DNA of 64,000 nt from an uncultured Alphaproteobacteria bacterium (GCA_963786265.1 CAWAYT010000003.1:2152-66151), one strand, 5' to 3'. Counted from the stretch's first letter, positions 45,614 to 58,913 are shown. The notes: generated by a model from the letters alone, not told the origin. Numbers and translations: made by a program.

Positions 45614-47033
45614 GGCCGCTACCCGCCGCCGCCTTCAGCAGCGCGGCACCCCGGCGCAGCTCGGCCGCAAACAGCACGGCGACCGCGCAGGACGCGAGGC
45701 GTGCGTGGACGCTGTCGGCCCGGCTGGTCAGGATGATCGGCACGCGGGCGCCGATGACGATCCCGGCCGCCTCGGCGTTCGCCATGAATATCAACTGCTT
45801 CACCAGCATGTTGCCGGCCTCGAGATTCGGCACCACCAGAATGTCGGCCTTGCCCGCGACCGGAGAGACGATGCCCTTGGTTTTCGCCGCCTCTTCGTCT
45901 ATGGCGTTGTCGAAGGCGAGCGGCCCGTCGATCAGGCCGCCCTTGATCTGGCCGCGATCGGCCATCTTGCAGAGTGCGGCCGCCTCGATGGTCGAGGGAA
46001 TTTTCGGGGTCACCGTCTCCACCGCCGAGAGGATCGCCACCCTCGGCTTAGCGATGCCGATGGCGTGCGCGAGCTCGATCGCGTTCTGGCAGATGTCGGC
46101 CTTCTCCTCCAGCGTCGGCAGGATATTGATGGCGGAGTCGGTGACGATGATCGGCCGCGCGAACGTCGGCACGGCGATCAGGAAGCAGTGGCTGAGCCGT
46201 CGTTCGGTACGCAGGCCGCCTTCTTTTTTCATCACCTCATGCAGCAATTCGTCGGTATGCAGGCTCCCCTTCATCAAAGTTTCGGCCTCGCCGGCGCGGA
46301 CCATCGCCACCGCCACCTCGGCGGCATGATGGCTGTGCTCGGTGGACACGATGCGATAAGGCGACAGGTCGATTTTTTCGCTCGCGGCAACCGCGCGGAT
46401 CTTCTTTTCCGGGCCGATCAGAATGGGCGTGATCAGATTGCGCTCGGCCGCTTCGATCGCCCCCTTCAGCGCGTCGTCGCTGCACGGGTGAACGACGGCC
46501 GTGGTCAACGCCGACAGGCCATCGCACGCCTTGATCAACTCAAGTATCGGTCCTCGTGCCGCAACTGGATCGTCGGCAAGTCCCTCAGCGCATGGCGGAT
46601 CTTCTGCCTGGCCGCCAACACCTCGAGGGTGCCGACGAGCAGTTCCTGGCCACTGTCGTCGGTGCACGCGCAATCGAGCACGACGGTGGCGCTTTTCGTC
46701 CGCTTTTCCTTGACGGTGACGGTCGCCGTCACACGCTGGCCGATCCGCACGGGCCTGATGAAGTGGATGTCCGCGGCCGTGGTCAGCGATCCCAAACCTG
46801 GCAAGCGCGTTCCGGCGACCGTCGAGAACAGCGCTGCCGCCCACATCGCCTGTCCCCCGCCGTACGGAAACATCGACGAGTTGGCCGGCGACGGGTCCAG
46901 GTCAATCAGATTAACGTCGCCCGTCAACGCCGCCCACGTCTCGCCGTCATCGCTGTGCAAGGTGCGAACTCAGCGATGCCGTGTCGCCGACACGGATCTC
47001 GTCGAATGTTTTGTTCTCGATCATTTCGTTCAT
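45546..47033 (-). CDS. Bifunctional MaoC dehydratase / phosphate acetyl(butyryl)transferase (frameshifted)
   Basis: IENKTFDEI, TGDVN, GTRLPG; LMKGSLHT, DGPLAFDNA and ILTSRAD motifs. Confidence 0.9.
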
Positions 47034-47347
47034 GCGGACAGCTCCCCGGGAATGGCGCAGGCCGGACGCCAGGCAAGCGATCGACGGCTGCCTGCGGACT
47101 GCGGAGGGCGAGGCTGACGCCGGCCTGCTTCTGCAGGCTACGCCCGCAGCAGCGGTTTCCGGTCGACGATCGAGTACGGAAGACTATCGGCCGAGCCGAT
47201 GGTGCGCAAGGTCGCCCGCGGCGATGCGATTGCTGAGTTTCGATGAACGCGGCGGGCGCCTCGGCATGCTTTCGGCCGCCGCGCGGCTGTGCGAGGATGG
47301 CGAAGTGCGGGCTCCGCGAGGGCCCTCCATGCGGGGCTTTCAGTTCA

Positions 47348-50023
47348 GTGTCCGTCGCCACTCTCGATACCCTGTTCCGGCCGCGATCGATCGCGCTCAT
47401 CGGCGCCGACAATACGCCGCGTTCGGTGGGTGGGGTGCTGGCGCGAAACCTGTTCGCGGGCGGCTTCGATGGACCGGTCATGCCGGTACATCCTCGCGAC
47501 GCCGCAGTGCACGGTGTGCTCGCTTACCGCTCCGTCGCCGACCTGCCAGTCATCCCCGATCTCGCCGTCATCGCCTCGCCGCCGGAGGACGTGCCTGGCT
47601 TGATCGCCGACCTCGGCGCGCGCGGCACCCGCGCCGTGGTGGTGGTCTCGGCGGGGTTCGATCGCGCGGGGCCGGCCGCGGGCGCAGCACTCCGGCAGGG
47701 CATGCTGGACGCGGCGAAGCCGCATCGTTTGCGGATCGTGGGACCGGCCTGCCTCGGCATGATGGTGCCGGGACTTGGCCTCGATGCCACGTACGCGCAC
47801 GCGCGGGTCAGGCCGGGCGACCTCGCCTTCGTCAGCCAGTCCGGCTCGTTGATGACGCTGATGCTCGATTGGGCGGCCGCTCGCGGCGTCGGGTTTTCGC
47901 TGCTCGCGTCGCTCGGCGACATGGCGGATGTCGACTTTGGCGATCTTCTCGACCACCTGGCTCTCGATCCGCTGACGCGCGCCGTGCTGTTGTGCGTCGA
48001 CCACGTCGCGCACCCGCGCAAGTTCCTATCGGCGGCGCGCGCGGCGGCGCGGCTGAAGCCGGTGATCGTGTTCTCGGCCGGCCGCAGCGACCGCGTCGGC
48101 GGAGCGGCATCGGCGTCCCCCCGGCAGCCGCGCCGCGCCGACGTCTACGACGCCGCGTTCCGGCGAGCCGGCATGCTGCCGGTGCCCAGTCTCGCCGATC
48201 TGGTGGCGGCCGCCGGCACGCTCGGCACCGGCATTCGCGTCAACGGCGACCGCATCGCGGTTCTGTCGAACGGCCGCGGCATCGGCGAGGTGGCGGGCGA
48301 CCTGGTGCTGCGGGAAGGGGGCAAGCTCGCCCAGCTCGCGGATGCGACGCTCGCGGCGCTCGACGCGGTCTTGCCGGCGACCTGGGGGCGTCGGAATCCG
48401 GTCAATCTGTTCGCCGACGCGACCGCTGCGCGCTATCGGGACGCGCTGGGTCCGCTGCTCGCCGACCCCGGCATCGACGCCATCGTCGCCATCAACACGC
48501 CGACCGCCGTCGGCGACACCTTGGAAGCGGCGCGCGCCACGGCCGACAGGCTCGCCCACGAGCGCAAGCCCGTCGCCGCCGTCTGGCTCGAACAGAGCAC
48601 ACTCGAGGAAACGCGCCGGCTGTTCGCCGAACGCCGCATCCCGCTGCACGACGGCCCGGCGCCGGCCATCGAGGCGCTGATGCAGTTGGTCCGCTATCGG
48701 CGGAACCAGGACATGCTGATGGAGACCCCGGCCTCGGTGCCCGAGCTGTTCGAGCGAGACGCCGAGCAGGCGCGCGAGATCACCCGCCGGGCGCTGGCGG
48801 ACGGCCGCAATCGGCTGAGCGAAGCCGAGGCGCTGCAGGTCGTCGCCGCATACGGCATTCCCGTTGCCGCCAGCCACCCCGCCGCGACCGCCGAGGAAGC
48901 GGCGGCGGTCGCCGAGCAGATCGGCTTCCCGGTGGCGCTGCAGGCGTTGGGCAGTGAGCTGGCGGCTGGCGATGCGACCTGGGTCGCCCCGGATCTGCTC
49001 AACGCGACCGCCGTGCTGGCCGCGGCGCGGCGATTAGAGCGCCGTTGGCAGGCGCGCGGCTACACCACCCCGCTCGCCAGCTTCGCGGTGCGACCATGGA
49101 TCGACCGCAACGACGCCTGCGCGGTGCGCCTGGGGATCGCGCTGACGAGACCTTCGGGCCGGTGATCGTGGTCGGCCGCGGCGGCCTGATCGGCCAATTG
49201 CTGCCGGACCAGGCAGTGGCTTTGCCTCCTCTGAACCTCAACCTCGCCCGCCAGGTGATGGCAGAGACGGATGTCTCGCGGCTGCTGCAGGGGGCTTGCG
49301 GGGGCGCGCCCGAGGTCCTCGACGAGATCGCGCTAGCTCTCGTCAAGCTGTCGCAAATGGCCGCCGACATCGCCGAGATCGTTGCCCTCGAGATCGACCC
49401 GCTGCTCGCCAACATCCACGGCATCGTTGCGCTGACGGCCGACATCCGGCTCGCTCCCGCTCCTGCGCAGCCGGCCGAAGCGCGGCTCGCCATCCGCCCC
49501 TATCCCAGCGAGTTCGAGAAAACGGTGCACGCGCGCGACGGCCGGGCGCTGACGCTTCGGCCGATCCGACCCGAGGACGAGCCGGCGCTGCAAGCCTTCG
49601 TTCTCCGCCAGTCGCCGGAGGACCGCCGCCTGCGGTTCTTCTCTGCAAGTCAAGGAGTTGAATCATCAGATCGCCGCCCGGCTGACGCAGATCGACTACG
49701 ACCGCGAGATGGCGTTCGTGCTCATCGATCCTCACGCGGAAAAGCCGGCAATCCTGGGAATAATGAGCATTTTCGCCGACCCGGAAGGGGCGCGCGCCGA
49801 ATACGCCGGCGCGGTGCGCTCCGACCTGAAGGGCCAGGGTCTCGGCCGCCTGCTCCTGGAGGAGATCGTCGAGTGCTGCCAGCGCCGCGGCATCCGCGAG
49901 ATTTGGGGCGAGGTGCTGAGGGAGAACGCGCCGATGCTGGGCCTCGCCCGCAAGCTCGGTTTCTCGATCAAGACGGACCCCGACGATCCGAGCGTCATGA
50001 TCGTGACCAGGCCGCTGCAATGA
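47348..50023 (+). CDS. Acetate-CoA-ligase-like/GNAT fusion (Pat/PatZ-type protein acetyltransferase), frameshifted
   Basis: LFRPRSIALIGA, SQSG, ATP-grasp relic, IRPYP, RPIRPEDE and LTQIDYDREMA motifs. Confidence 0.9.
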
Positions 50024-50114
50024 TCCTCAAGGGCGCAAGCGCAAGGCGCCTGCAAGCGCTCGCTGGCGCGAGAGTCCTATACCAGCGGTTCGGACAAGAG
50101 GCCGGCCTGGTCCA

Positions 50115-50825
50115 TCAGGTGAAGGTGCCGGGCAGGGCGACGTCCAGGACCGCAGCGTAGTGGCAGGCGGCGCCTGCCATGACGAAACCATGCCAGATCG
50201 GCTGCTGGTAGGCGAGCCGCTCCCAGAGGTGAAACAGCACACCCACGCTGTAGAGGATGCCGCCCGCCGCCAGCAGGACGATCGCCGGCAGTGACGCCGA
50301 AGCAGCCAGCGGTTCAATCGCCACCAGAATAGTCCATCCGAGGAACAGATAGAGCATCACGGAGAGGCGTTCGAAGCGCTTCACCCAGATCAACTTCAGC
50401 GCCACGCCCAAGCCCGCCACCGCCCAGACGTACAGAAGCAGCCAGCGGCCCCAGCCGCCATCCATCTTCACCGCGAGGAACGGCGTGTAGGTTCCGGCGA
50501 TCATCATGAAGATAGCAGCGTGGTCGAGCCGGCGGAGCAGATCGTTGCGGGGCCACGCGCTGCGAGCGTTGTAAACCGCCGAGCAAATCAGCATCGCCAG
50601 CAGGCCAAGGCTGTATACAAGCAGGCTGACGGTCAGCCTAGGGCTCCCCTGCGGGATCGCCACCGCCATCAGCACAATGACCCCGACGAAGCCGGCAACG
50701 ATGGCGAGCCCATTGACCCATAGGTCCACGATTCGCTCCCCCCGGCTGAGCGGTCGGGGCACCGCTCTCCAGGCGTCCAACATGGGAATCGACTGGCCGT
50801 CCTCCGTAACGGTACTCCGATCCAT
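50115..50825 (-). CDS. Hemolysin III / PAQR (TrhA) membrane protein
   Basis: RRLDHAAIF..IAGTYTP and IWHGFV..ACHY motifs. Confidence 0.92.
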   Translation of the reverse strand: MDRSTVTEDGQSIPMLDAWRAVPRPLSRGERIVDLWVNGLAIVAGFVGVIVLMAVAIPQGSPRLTVSLLVYSLGLLAMLICSAVYNARSAWPRNDLLRRLDHAAIFMMIAGTYTPFLAVKMDGGWGRWLLLYVWAVAGLGVALKLIWVKRFERLSVMLYLFLGWTILVAIEPLAASASLPAIVLLAAGGILYSVGVLFHLWERLAYQQPIWHGFVMAGAACHYAAVLDVALPGTFT

Positions 50826-50931
50826 CGCACCGCTCAGCGGGTCGAAAAGATTGCTGCTTTAGCCTATCCTTGGCAGCCTCCACCATCGTTACCGCCGAAT
50901 TCAAGCTTCGGTGCACGCGGGGAGATTGAAA

Positions 50932-51890
50932 ATGAGGAAAACCAGCGCACTACCGGGATTGATCTTTGTTGTCATTGTCGGCATTGGCTTGGCATTCGCA
51001 TACTTCGAATATACCAATTCGGCTTATCGCGAAAGCCTGTCGATCGCGGTCGGCGCCTTCGTCATTGCCGTCGTTGCTTCTTACTCGATCAAGATTGCGG
51101 ATCAGTGGGATAGGGCGGTGGTTTTGCGGCTGGGGCGCTTCCGCTCTCTGGAAGGGCCGGGATTGTTTTTTATAATCCCGATCATCGAAACGGTGCCCTA
51201 TTGGATCGACACTCGCGTGATTACCAGTTCCTTCAAGGCAGAAAAGACACTCACGAAAGATACGGTGCCGGTGGATGTCGATGCCGTGTTGTTTTGGAAA
51301 GTCGTGGACCCAAAAAAGGCGGCGCTCGACGTTGCCGACTATGGCAGCGCCATTAGCTGGGCTTCTCAAACGGCTCTGCGTGACGTGATCGGCAAGACCA
51401 TGCTTTCGGACATGCTGGAGGGGAGGGAAAAAATTAGCAACGATCTTCAGAAGATCATCGATATACGTACCGAGCCATGGGGCATCAATGTCATTTCGGT
51501 GGAGGTCAAGGACGTTCTTATTCCTGCGGCCCTCCAGGATGCGATGTCAATGCAGGCCCAAGCGGAGAGAGAACGTCAGGCCCGCGTGATTTTGGGGATT
51601 CGGAAAAACAGGTGGCGGAGAAATTTGCGGAAGCGGCGAAGACCTACGTCAATGATCCCATCGCGTTGCATCTCAGGGCAATGAACATGCTCTATGAGGG
51701 TTTGAAGCAGAATTCCACGATTGTCATTGTACCAAGCTCGGCCGTGGAAACGATGCAGCTCGGCGGCCTGGCCGGACTAACGGCGCTTACTATGGGATTG
51801 GGCCAAGAACGCGCAAAGCAAGGGAAGGAAGGCACGCAGCCGGGCCCGTGGTCTGAACCTGGTCCTGCGAAAGCCGTCGTTGGACAATAG
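50932..51890 (+). CDS. Slipin/stomatin SPFH protein (frameshifted)
   Basis: RAVVLRLGR..GPGLF, LTKDTVPVDVDAV and QAQAERERQAR motifs. Confidence 0.9.
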
Positions 51891-52149
51891 GGCAGCCCAC
51901 CCACAATGCGATCTGAAGGGAAAGATGGCTGGGGCACCCGGTGGGGACAAGACGCTTCCGCCTCATCGTCGACGAAGGAGGGAACGTCATCCAAGGGTCG
52001 ATGATTGATTGACTTCGGCGATCGTGCGCTCCCTACCTCGGTGCGCAAACCCGGCGCATGAATGTGGCTAAAAGGAGGTCTTCGTTGATCATTCGATCCT
52101 CAGATCAAGTGCCTCGCGTCACGGCGCTGAAGCGGTTTCCGGTGCCGAG

Positions 52150-52275
52150 GAACTTTGTGTTCGCCGAGTCGCGCATCATGCGGCAGCGGACATGGCCGGC
52201 CCCAGCCAGTACCCGAGTGAAAGCCCTTGAAGTCTATCGCTACGATCCGAACTCACAGGGCAACCCGCATCTCGG
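52150..52275 (+). pseudogene. SdhB-like N-terminal relic
   Basis: SRI...TWPAP..RVKALEVYRYDP..GNP. Confidence 0.45.
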
Positions 52276-52783
52276 CACCTCGCCGGAGCTTTCGGCGCCC
52301 TCGCGATTTGGGCCGCCGAGAGCGAATCACCTTACCGCACGCCTCGGCATCGGTATTGCTCCCGGCCTAAAGCCGAACTGGTTGCCCCCCGCATTGTCTG
52401 GGGCGGCTTATGGGGCTTCTGTTATGGGCGAGGTCACTGGTGGCTGCGCGGCACATTTTCAGCCTCGCGCCGACGGCATTCCAATTGCTGTACGTGTTTC
52501 CGGTCAGGCTGGTCAGGGCTTATTCGGCCTTGGCCTCGGTGCGCTGACGCCCGTTTTCATGCTCACTCGCTTGCCCGCCGCTTCAACCTCGGCTACGGCT
52601 AGGCCGCCATGGTTCCCGCGCTAGGCTAGGGCTGCCGTCCGCACCCCGCCAATGCCCTACCGGCTCCTCAAATTGGCTGAGGCTCATGCGTAATCCCGAC
52701 GCGGCGGACCAATGGGGCGAGGCGAGCCGGAGCGCCAAGCCGCGCCGGCGCGCGTCCGCTCGTGGCTCGCCGCGGCCAGAGGG

Positions 52784-52812
52784 GGTTGAGCGCCCCCGCT
52801 GCGGCACATACA
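52784..52812 (+). promoter_or_regulatory. Possible RpoH promoter
   Basis: GTTGAG-N14-CACATAC upstream of hsp20. Confidence 0.4.
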
Positions 52813-52906
52813 ATCACCCCCGGCGCGGCCCCGGATCGACTCCTCGGTCCGAGCACGGCAAGTCCGCACGCGGTCTGGAAACTCTGAGATCGGACAGGAG
52901 GGTGAG

Positions 52907-53347
52907 ATGGTCAGGTATTCGCCGGGAGTGGACCTGTGGGGTGAACCGCTGGCGCCGCTCCGCCGCATTCAGGAGGAGATCAATCGGGCCTTCGGCGAGC
53001 AGAGGTGGGCTCCCTCGGCCGAATTTCCGCCGATCAACATCTGGCGCGGCCCGGACGGGATCATCGTCATCGCCGAAATTCCGGGCGTCAGTCTCGACGC
53101 CGTCGATCTGACCGTGCATCAGAACACGCTCACGATCAAAGGTCGCCGCGAGCCGGAGGCGAAGGAGCCGGAAGCCGGCTTCCACAGGCGCGAGCGGACG
53201 TTCGGTCCGTTCTCGCGCACGATCGCTCTGCCGTTCAACGTCGACCCCGAGCAGGTGAAGGCAGCGGCGCAGAACGGCATTCTGACGGTCGATCTGCCGC
53301 GCCCCGAGAGCGACAAGCCGCGGAAAATCAAGATCAGCCAATCCTGA
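52907..53347 (+). CDS. Hsp20 small heat-shock protein
   Basis: FPPINIW, AEIPGV, RRERTFGPFSR and NGILTVDLPR motifs. Confidence 0.93.
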   Translation: MVRYSPGVDLWGEPLAPLRRIQEEINRAFGEQRWAPSAEFPPINIWRGPDGIIVIAEIPGVSLDAVDLTVHQNTLTIKGRREPEAKEPEAGFHRRERTFGPFSRTIALPFNVDPEQVKAAAQNGILTVDLPRPESDKPRKIKISQS

Positions 53348-53365
53348 GGACGAGGAGTACGCGAC

Positions 53366-53468
53366 ATGGCCGACATGATTGCTCATCCGCAAGCCGGCGA
53401 GCGCGCAGAGAGCACGCGCAATGCGCCGATCTTCGTTCCCGCCGCGGATATTTATGAAACAGAGGACG
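53366..53468 (+). pseudogene. Second Hsp20, truncated
   Basis: ERAESTRNAPIFVPAADIYETED, then an abrupt junction with the convergent kinase gene. Confidence 0.75.
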
Positions 53469-56400
53469 ACCAGAACGACCTTGTTCCCCAGGTCCTCCGG
53501 AAACACATCCGGGGAATCTTCTTCCCGCCCCACCGGGGAGGACGGCGCCCGCGGCAGGTAGAGCTTCACGCATGTGCCTTGCCCGACCCGGCTGTAGATG
53601 CTGACGTGCCCGCCCGACTGTTTGACGAAGCCGTAGACCATGCTCAGCCCGAGGCCGCTGCCCTGTCCCACCTCCTTCGTCGTGAAGAACGGCTCGAACA
53701 CCCGCTGCACGATCTCGGGCGGCATGCCGGTTCCGGTATCGGCAACGGCGAGCAGCACGTACTCGCCGGGCGTCACCTCCTCGTACTGCTCGGCATAATC
53801 CTCGTCGAGGACAGCATTGCGCGTCTCCAGCGTGAGCGTGCCGGCGCTCCGCATCGCATCGCGTGAATTGACCGCGAGATTGACCAGCGCGCTGTTCCAG
53901 TTCGCCGCGGTCGGCGAATGCCTTCCACAGGTTCGGAGCCAACGACTCCTCGATGCGGATGCTGGCACCCAAGGTTCGGCGCAACAGTTCGGTCATGCCC
54001 CGAACGACGTCGTTGAGGTCGATGACGGCCGGCTTGAGAGGCTGTTTCCTCGCGAACGCGAGCAAGCGGTGGGTGAGTTCACCGCCGCGTTTCGCCGACC
54101 AGAGAGCATCGTCAAGGTATTCCCGAGCCTTGGCATCGCCGCTCACGCGCTCTTGCAACAGCTGCAGATTGCCCATGACGATGGCGAGCAGGTTGTTGAA
54201 ATCGTGCGCGATGCCGCCGGTGAGCTGGCCCACGGCCTGCATCTTCTGCGACTGGCGGAGCTGCTCCTCCATCTCCTTGCGCTCGGTGATGTCCTCCTTC
54301 ACCGCGACGAAGTTGGTGATCTTCTCCCCCTCCTTGACCGGTGCGATCGAGGCGAGCTCCCAGAACAGCTCGCCGTTCTTCTTCTTGTTGAGAAACTCAC
54401 CGCGCCACACGCCGCCTGCAGATAATCGTCTTCCATAGTTCCGCATATTGTTCGGGCGGCGTGTGCCCGGACTTGAGAATGCGCGGATTCTGGCCGATGG
54501 CCTCCGCCAGCGTATACCCCGTGACCTCGGTGAACTTGGGATTGACGTATTCGATGTTGCCGTCCCGGTCGGTGATGACGACCGACATCGGGCTCTGCTG
54601 GATGGCTTGAAAGAGCTTGCTCAGGTCCGCCTGCGATTTCTTCTGCTCGGTGATCTCCCGCGCATAGACGGCCACCTCCGAGACGGGCTTGTCGGGCTGA
54701 AGCACCGGATAGAACCAGAACTCGAACCAGCGCGAGCGGATCGGCACATCGCAATGCACGAGCGTCGCCGTCGTGGCGACCTGCCGGACGATGGCCATCC
54801 TCTACTCCACCTGGTCCCGCGGCAACAGCCGATCGAGGTGAGCGCTGACCGGAGTAGACCCGCCCGTCCTCTTGGCCAACCTCCGCTCGGCGGCTTTGTT
54901 GATGGCGAGAACCTCGCCCTCGCGTGGACATCAGCAGGATCTCGTCCTGGCTCGCGTCCAACAGCGCGCGCATGCGGACTTCGCTCTCCCGCAAAGCCCG
55001 TTCGGCTTCTTTGCGCTCGGTGACGTCGGCCGCCATGCTCACCACCAGACCGCCGGCCGCGGTCATCGCTGCCCAGCGGCGCAGAGGAGAATGTCCAGAC
55101 GCGCGTCCGGCCGTCGGCGGTGCGGATGAGGTACTCGCCCTCGTCGACCGCCTGGTCGAGCGCGTAGAGCTGGTCGATGTCGGCGCGCACCACCTCCTTG
55201 CGTTCGCCATAGGCCCGTTCCGTCCAGGCGGCGATGGTGCCGATCTCCTCGCGGGCATAGCCGGTCAGGTCCAGCCAAGCTTGGCTGAGATGCACGACTT
55301 CGCCGTCCTCGGCATGCACCATGATCGGGAAGGGAGCGTTCTCCACCGTGCGTCGCAGCCGCGCCTCGCTTTCGCGCAGCGCGTCCTCGGCTTCCTTGCG
55401 CGCGGAGATGTCGAGGTTGAAGCCGACCCATGAGGTGATGCGATCCCGGTCATCGCGCACCGGCCGGCCCAGGCTGAGAATGGTGCGATAGACGCCGTCC
55501 TTGCCTTTGACGCGGTGCTCCCAGGTCCACTCGGAACCGGTGCGCACGCACTCGTGCCAGGCGTCCAGGGTAGGCTTCAGGTCCTCGGGCGGCAGCCGGT
55601 CCAGCCATCCTCGTGGTTTCACCTCGTCCAGCGTCTTGCCGATGAGGTCGAGGAATGTCTGGCTCACAAACTCCACGCCACCCTCGGGATTGCACACCCA
55701 CACGCCGTAACGGATGGCTTCGCCGGCGGTGCGATAGCGGGCTTCGCTCTCGCGCAGCGCCGCCTCGCTCCGCTTGCGCTCGGTGATGTCGTGGGCGACC
55801 AGTACGGAGCCGGCAATCCGGCCCTCGATCACCAGCGGCGCGTTGGAGCAGGCGACCGGGACCTGCGAGCCGTCCTTGCGGAAGAACACGTCCTCGTGCC
55901 TGACGAGCGTCTCCCCGGTCGCGTAGACACGGCTGAGCGGGCATTCGGACGCCGGATAAGGACGGCCGTCCGGGTGACGGTCGTGAATGGCGTCGTGCAG
56001 CTTTCGGCCCGTCAGCTCCTGTCGCGACCAGCCGAAAATCCGCTCCGCCGCCGGGTTCATCAAGGTGACGCGATCTTCGCCGTCGGAGACGAAGATGGCG
56101 TCCGCCGCGCTGTCGGTTATCGCGGTGAGCAGGCCGAGCTGTTCGGCGAGCCGCTCCTCGGCGCGCTTGCGGGGGGTGATGTCGGTGCCGAAGGTCTGGA
56201 ACGAAACGATGTTGCCGGCGTCATCGAAAAATCCGTAGAGGTGACACAGGTACCAGCGCACCTCCCGGTCGGCCCGCGTGCTGCGGGTTTCCTCGTGCCG
56301 CTCCGGATGCTCGGGCGTGAACGACGACAGCTCGTCGAGGAACCGTGGCCGCTCGTCCCTGGCGCGCGAAGTCGAGCCAGCGCCTGCCGATCAGCTCTTC

Positions 56401-58331
56401 CGGCTCTCGACCGTAGAACTCGGCATACGCCCGGTTGACGAAGGTGAGCGTCGTGTCCGGCAGAAACCGGCAGATCGGGTCCGGTTGTGCCTCGACGAGC
56501 GTGCGGTATCGTTCCTCGCTTTGGCGCAGCGCTTCCGCTGCGGCCAGTCGGGCGCGATGCAGGCGATCGAGGCGCGCGGCATTCCACAGCAAGGCGTTTC
56601 GCCAGCAGCGCGATGGTGGCCAGCGTGATGAGCCCAACTTGGAAGTCCGGCCCGTAGAGCCCGGCTTGCTTTCCCGAAGTGAACAGCCAAGCGAGCAGTA
56701 CCGGGCCGGCCACGGCAACGGGCAGCAGCATGCGGGCGGAAGTGGCACCTGGCATATCGCCGGAGAGCAAGGCCATCCAGCCCGTATCCGGGCGCAGCGC
56801 CAACGCGCCCAGGAAAAGGACGACGAGACCGAGCGCCGCGTGCAGGGCGATAGGGGTGAAGAAGGCCACGGATTGCAGCACACCGGCGCCGATCAGGTAA
56901 CCTAGAAGCGGCGCGGCCATCAGGAGCAGCCCGACGGTGCCGATGGTGGAGAAAACCCCTCGTGCCCAGGCTCTCTCGACGCGAGCGAGCAGAAGCATCG
57001 TACCGAGCAAGGCGAAGGCGATCGACGTGGCCTCGGCGACCCGGCCCGGGTGCGGATGGCCCGGCTGATTGCTGACGGCCGTCGGGAAGAGCCACCGATC
57101 GGTGCCGAGGTCGAGCCCCGTCGCGTATTGCAGCAGCGTCTGCAGGCCGATGATCAAGACCGTGCCGGCCAGCGCCATGGACACTGCAGCCGCGATCCGG
57201 CCCGGAGCGGTGGCCGCCAGCAGGGCTCCGCCGGCGAGCGCGATGGCCGTGGCGGCCCAGGGCTGCATGGCGAACAGCCCCGGCAGCACGCTCTTGAGCG
57301 CTGTCACGTCGAACGCCCAGCCGAACAGGACAGCAAGGCCGAGCGCGAGCGCTATCAGCCCGCATGCTCGCGAGATCACGCGAGCTCGGGAACTCGACAG
57401 CCGCGCGCTCCCCTGGCAATTTTCCTGGAGCGCTCTCGGCAAGTCGCCGGCTCTCGGCGCGCAACGAGAGAGACTGCCAGAAGAGCATGCCCAGCAGCAG
57501 AAGAGCCGTGGACGCCCCGGCAAGCCATCCGATGCGCCCGGGAGTCCAGAACGACGGCGCCGCAGCGTACCACTCGGAGTAGAGCTTCCTGTATTCCGGA
57601 GGAATCGAGAAACTCGGCAACGGCCGCATCCAGCCGGTCGCGCAGACCGGGCAGGTCCTGCCGCACGGCAATGGCGCGCTTCACCTCCGTCAAGGGTTCT
57701 CCCACGACCTTGATCCGGTCGGCGAGGCGCGCCCTCTCGCTCACCTTCCACACCGAACTCTCGAAGGAGACGAGGGCGTCGACCTCGCCCGACAGCAGGC
57801 CGAACAGCGCGTCCTGCAGACGGGCGTACGGCACGAGACGCGCGCTCGTCTCCCGTTCGCTGAGGATTTCCTCCGATACGCCGCCTTCGATCACGCGCCA
57901 CCCTGCGGCCGGCGAGATCGGTCCAACCGCGAATGTCGTCGGTATCTTGTCGGACGAACAGAGACGACGGGCGACGTTACGAGCGGGCGCGTGAACAGCA
58001 TGCGGCCTTCGCGCGCTCGGGTGACAGAGACAACGGGAACGACATCGGCGTCGCCGCGTTCGAGCGCCGCGATGAGATCGGCCCAGGTTTCGAACACGCG
58101 ATAGGTCACGCTCAGCCCGGCCCGCTTCGCCACCGCGTTCATCATGTCGATGGCGAAGCCTCCCGGACGGCCATCCGCGTCGACCACGTACTCAGGGTAG
58201 AAGTCACGAGCGACGGCGGCGACCACTTCCTTGGTTTCGGCCTGCGCCGCGTGCCCGGCAGAGGCGCCGACAATCAGGCACGCACCGATGATGACGAAGA
58301 CGAGCAAAGCGAGGCGTTTGTATTCGCCCAT
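53465..58331 (-). CDS. Hybrid sensor histidine kinase: periplasmic solute-binding domain, TM region, six PAS domains, HisKA, HATPase and truncated receiver (frameshifted; may be two genes)
   Basis: PGGFAIDMMNAVA (SBP family 3); six PAS/PAC units; GGIAHDFNNLL, NLAVNSRDAM, DTGTG, FEPFFTTK and GLGLS; receiver stops after KVVLVV. Confidence 0.85.
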
Positions 58332-58384
58332 GCTACCCTCCCACGCGGTAGGACCGCGTCCCTGGTTTTCTTGGCGAGCCGAGC

Positions 58385-58766
58385 CTAAGAGGATTCTTGC
58401 GATCCCAACACGGCTCGAAGCTCGCTGACCTCGATCGGCTTGTTCAACGTTGTCACCGGCCGGAGGCCTTTGTACTCCGCCAGCACCTTGGCGTGGGCCG
58501 CGTAGTCCGGCGTATATCCAGTGATGATGATCAGCCGCGCCGTGCATTTCTGCTTGCGCGAGCCAGAGAACGATCTCGTTGCCGTCCATGCCCGGCATGA
58601 TCATGTCGAGGATGATCGTCGGTTGGCTTGAAGCTGTCGTACGCCTCGATGAACGCGCGCCCATCGGTCGTCACGCGGACCTCGTAGCCGAGGTCTTCGG
58701 CGACGTTTTGACGAAGCGGCCGAAGGCAGGCTCGTCGTCGCAGATCAACAATCGTTTGTCCTGCAT
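58385..58766 (-). CDS. Single-domain response regulator (frameshifted)
   Basis: LLICDDE, IILDMIMPGMDG, IIITG and SKP motifs. Confidence 0.85.
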
Positions 58767-58913
58767 TCCCACCCTATGCTCCGCTCTCGAATTGTCCCTG
58801 GGCGGCACGCCGCACGGTAGTGGATATGGCGAGAAAATCACACGGGGCTTTTCATCTGATAGTGGCCAGAGCAGCGCTGCACTGGCAGACGGTGGAGCGA
58901 AGGGAGGCAGGCT

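Noticed and set aside
52815-52906. ROSE thermometer before hsp20
   Set aside because: No U(U/C)GCU motif opposite the Shine-Dalgarno sequence.
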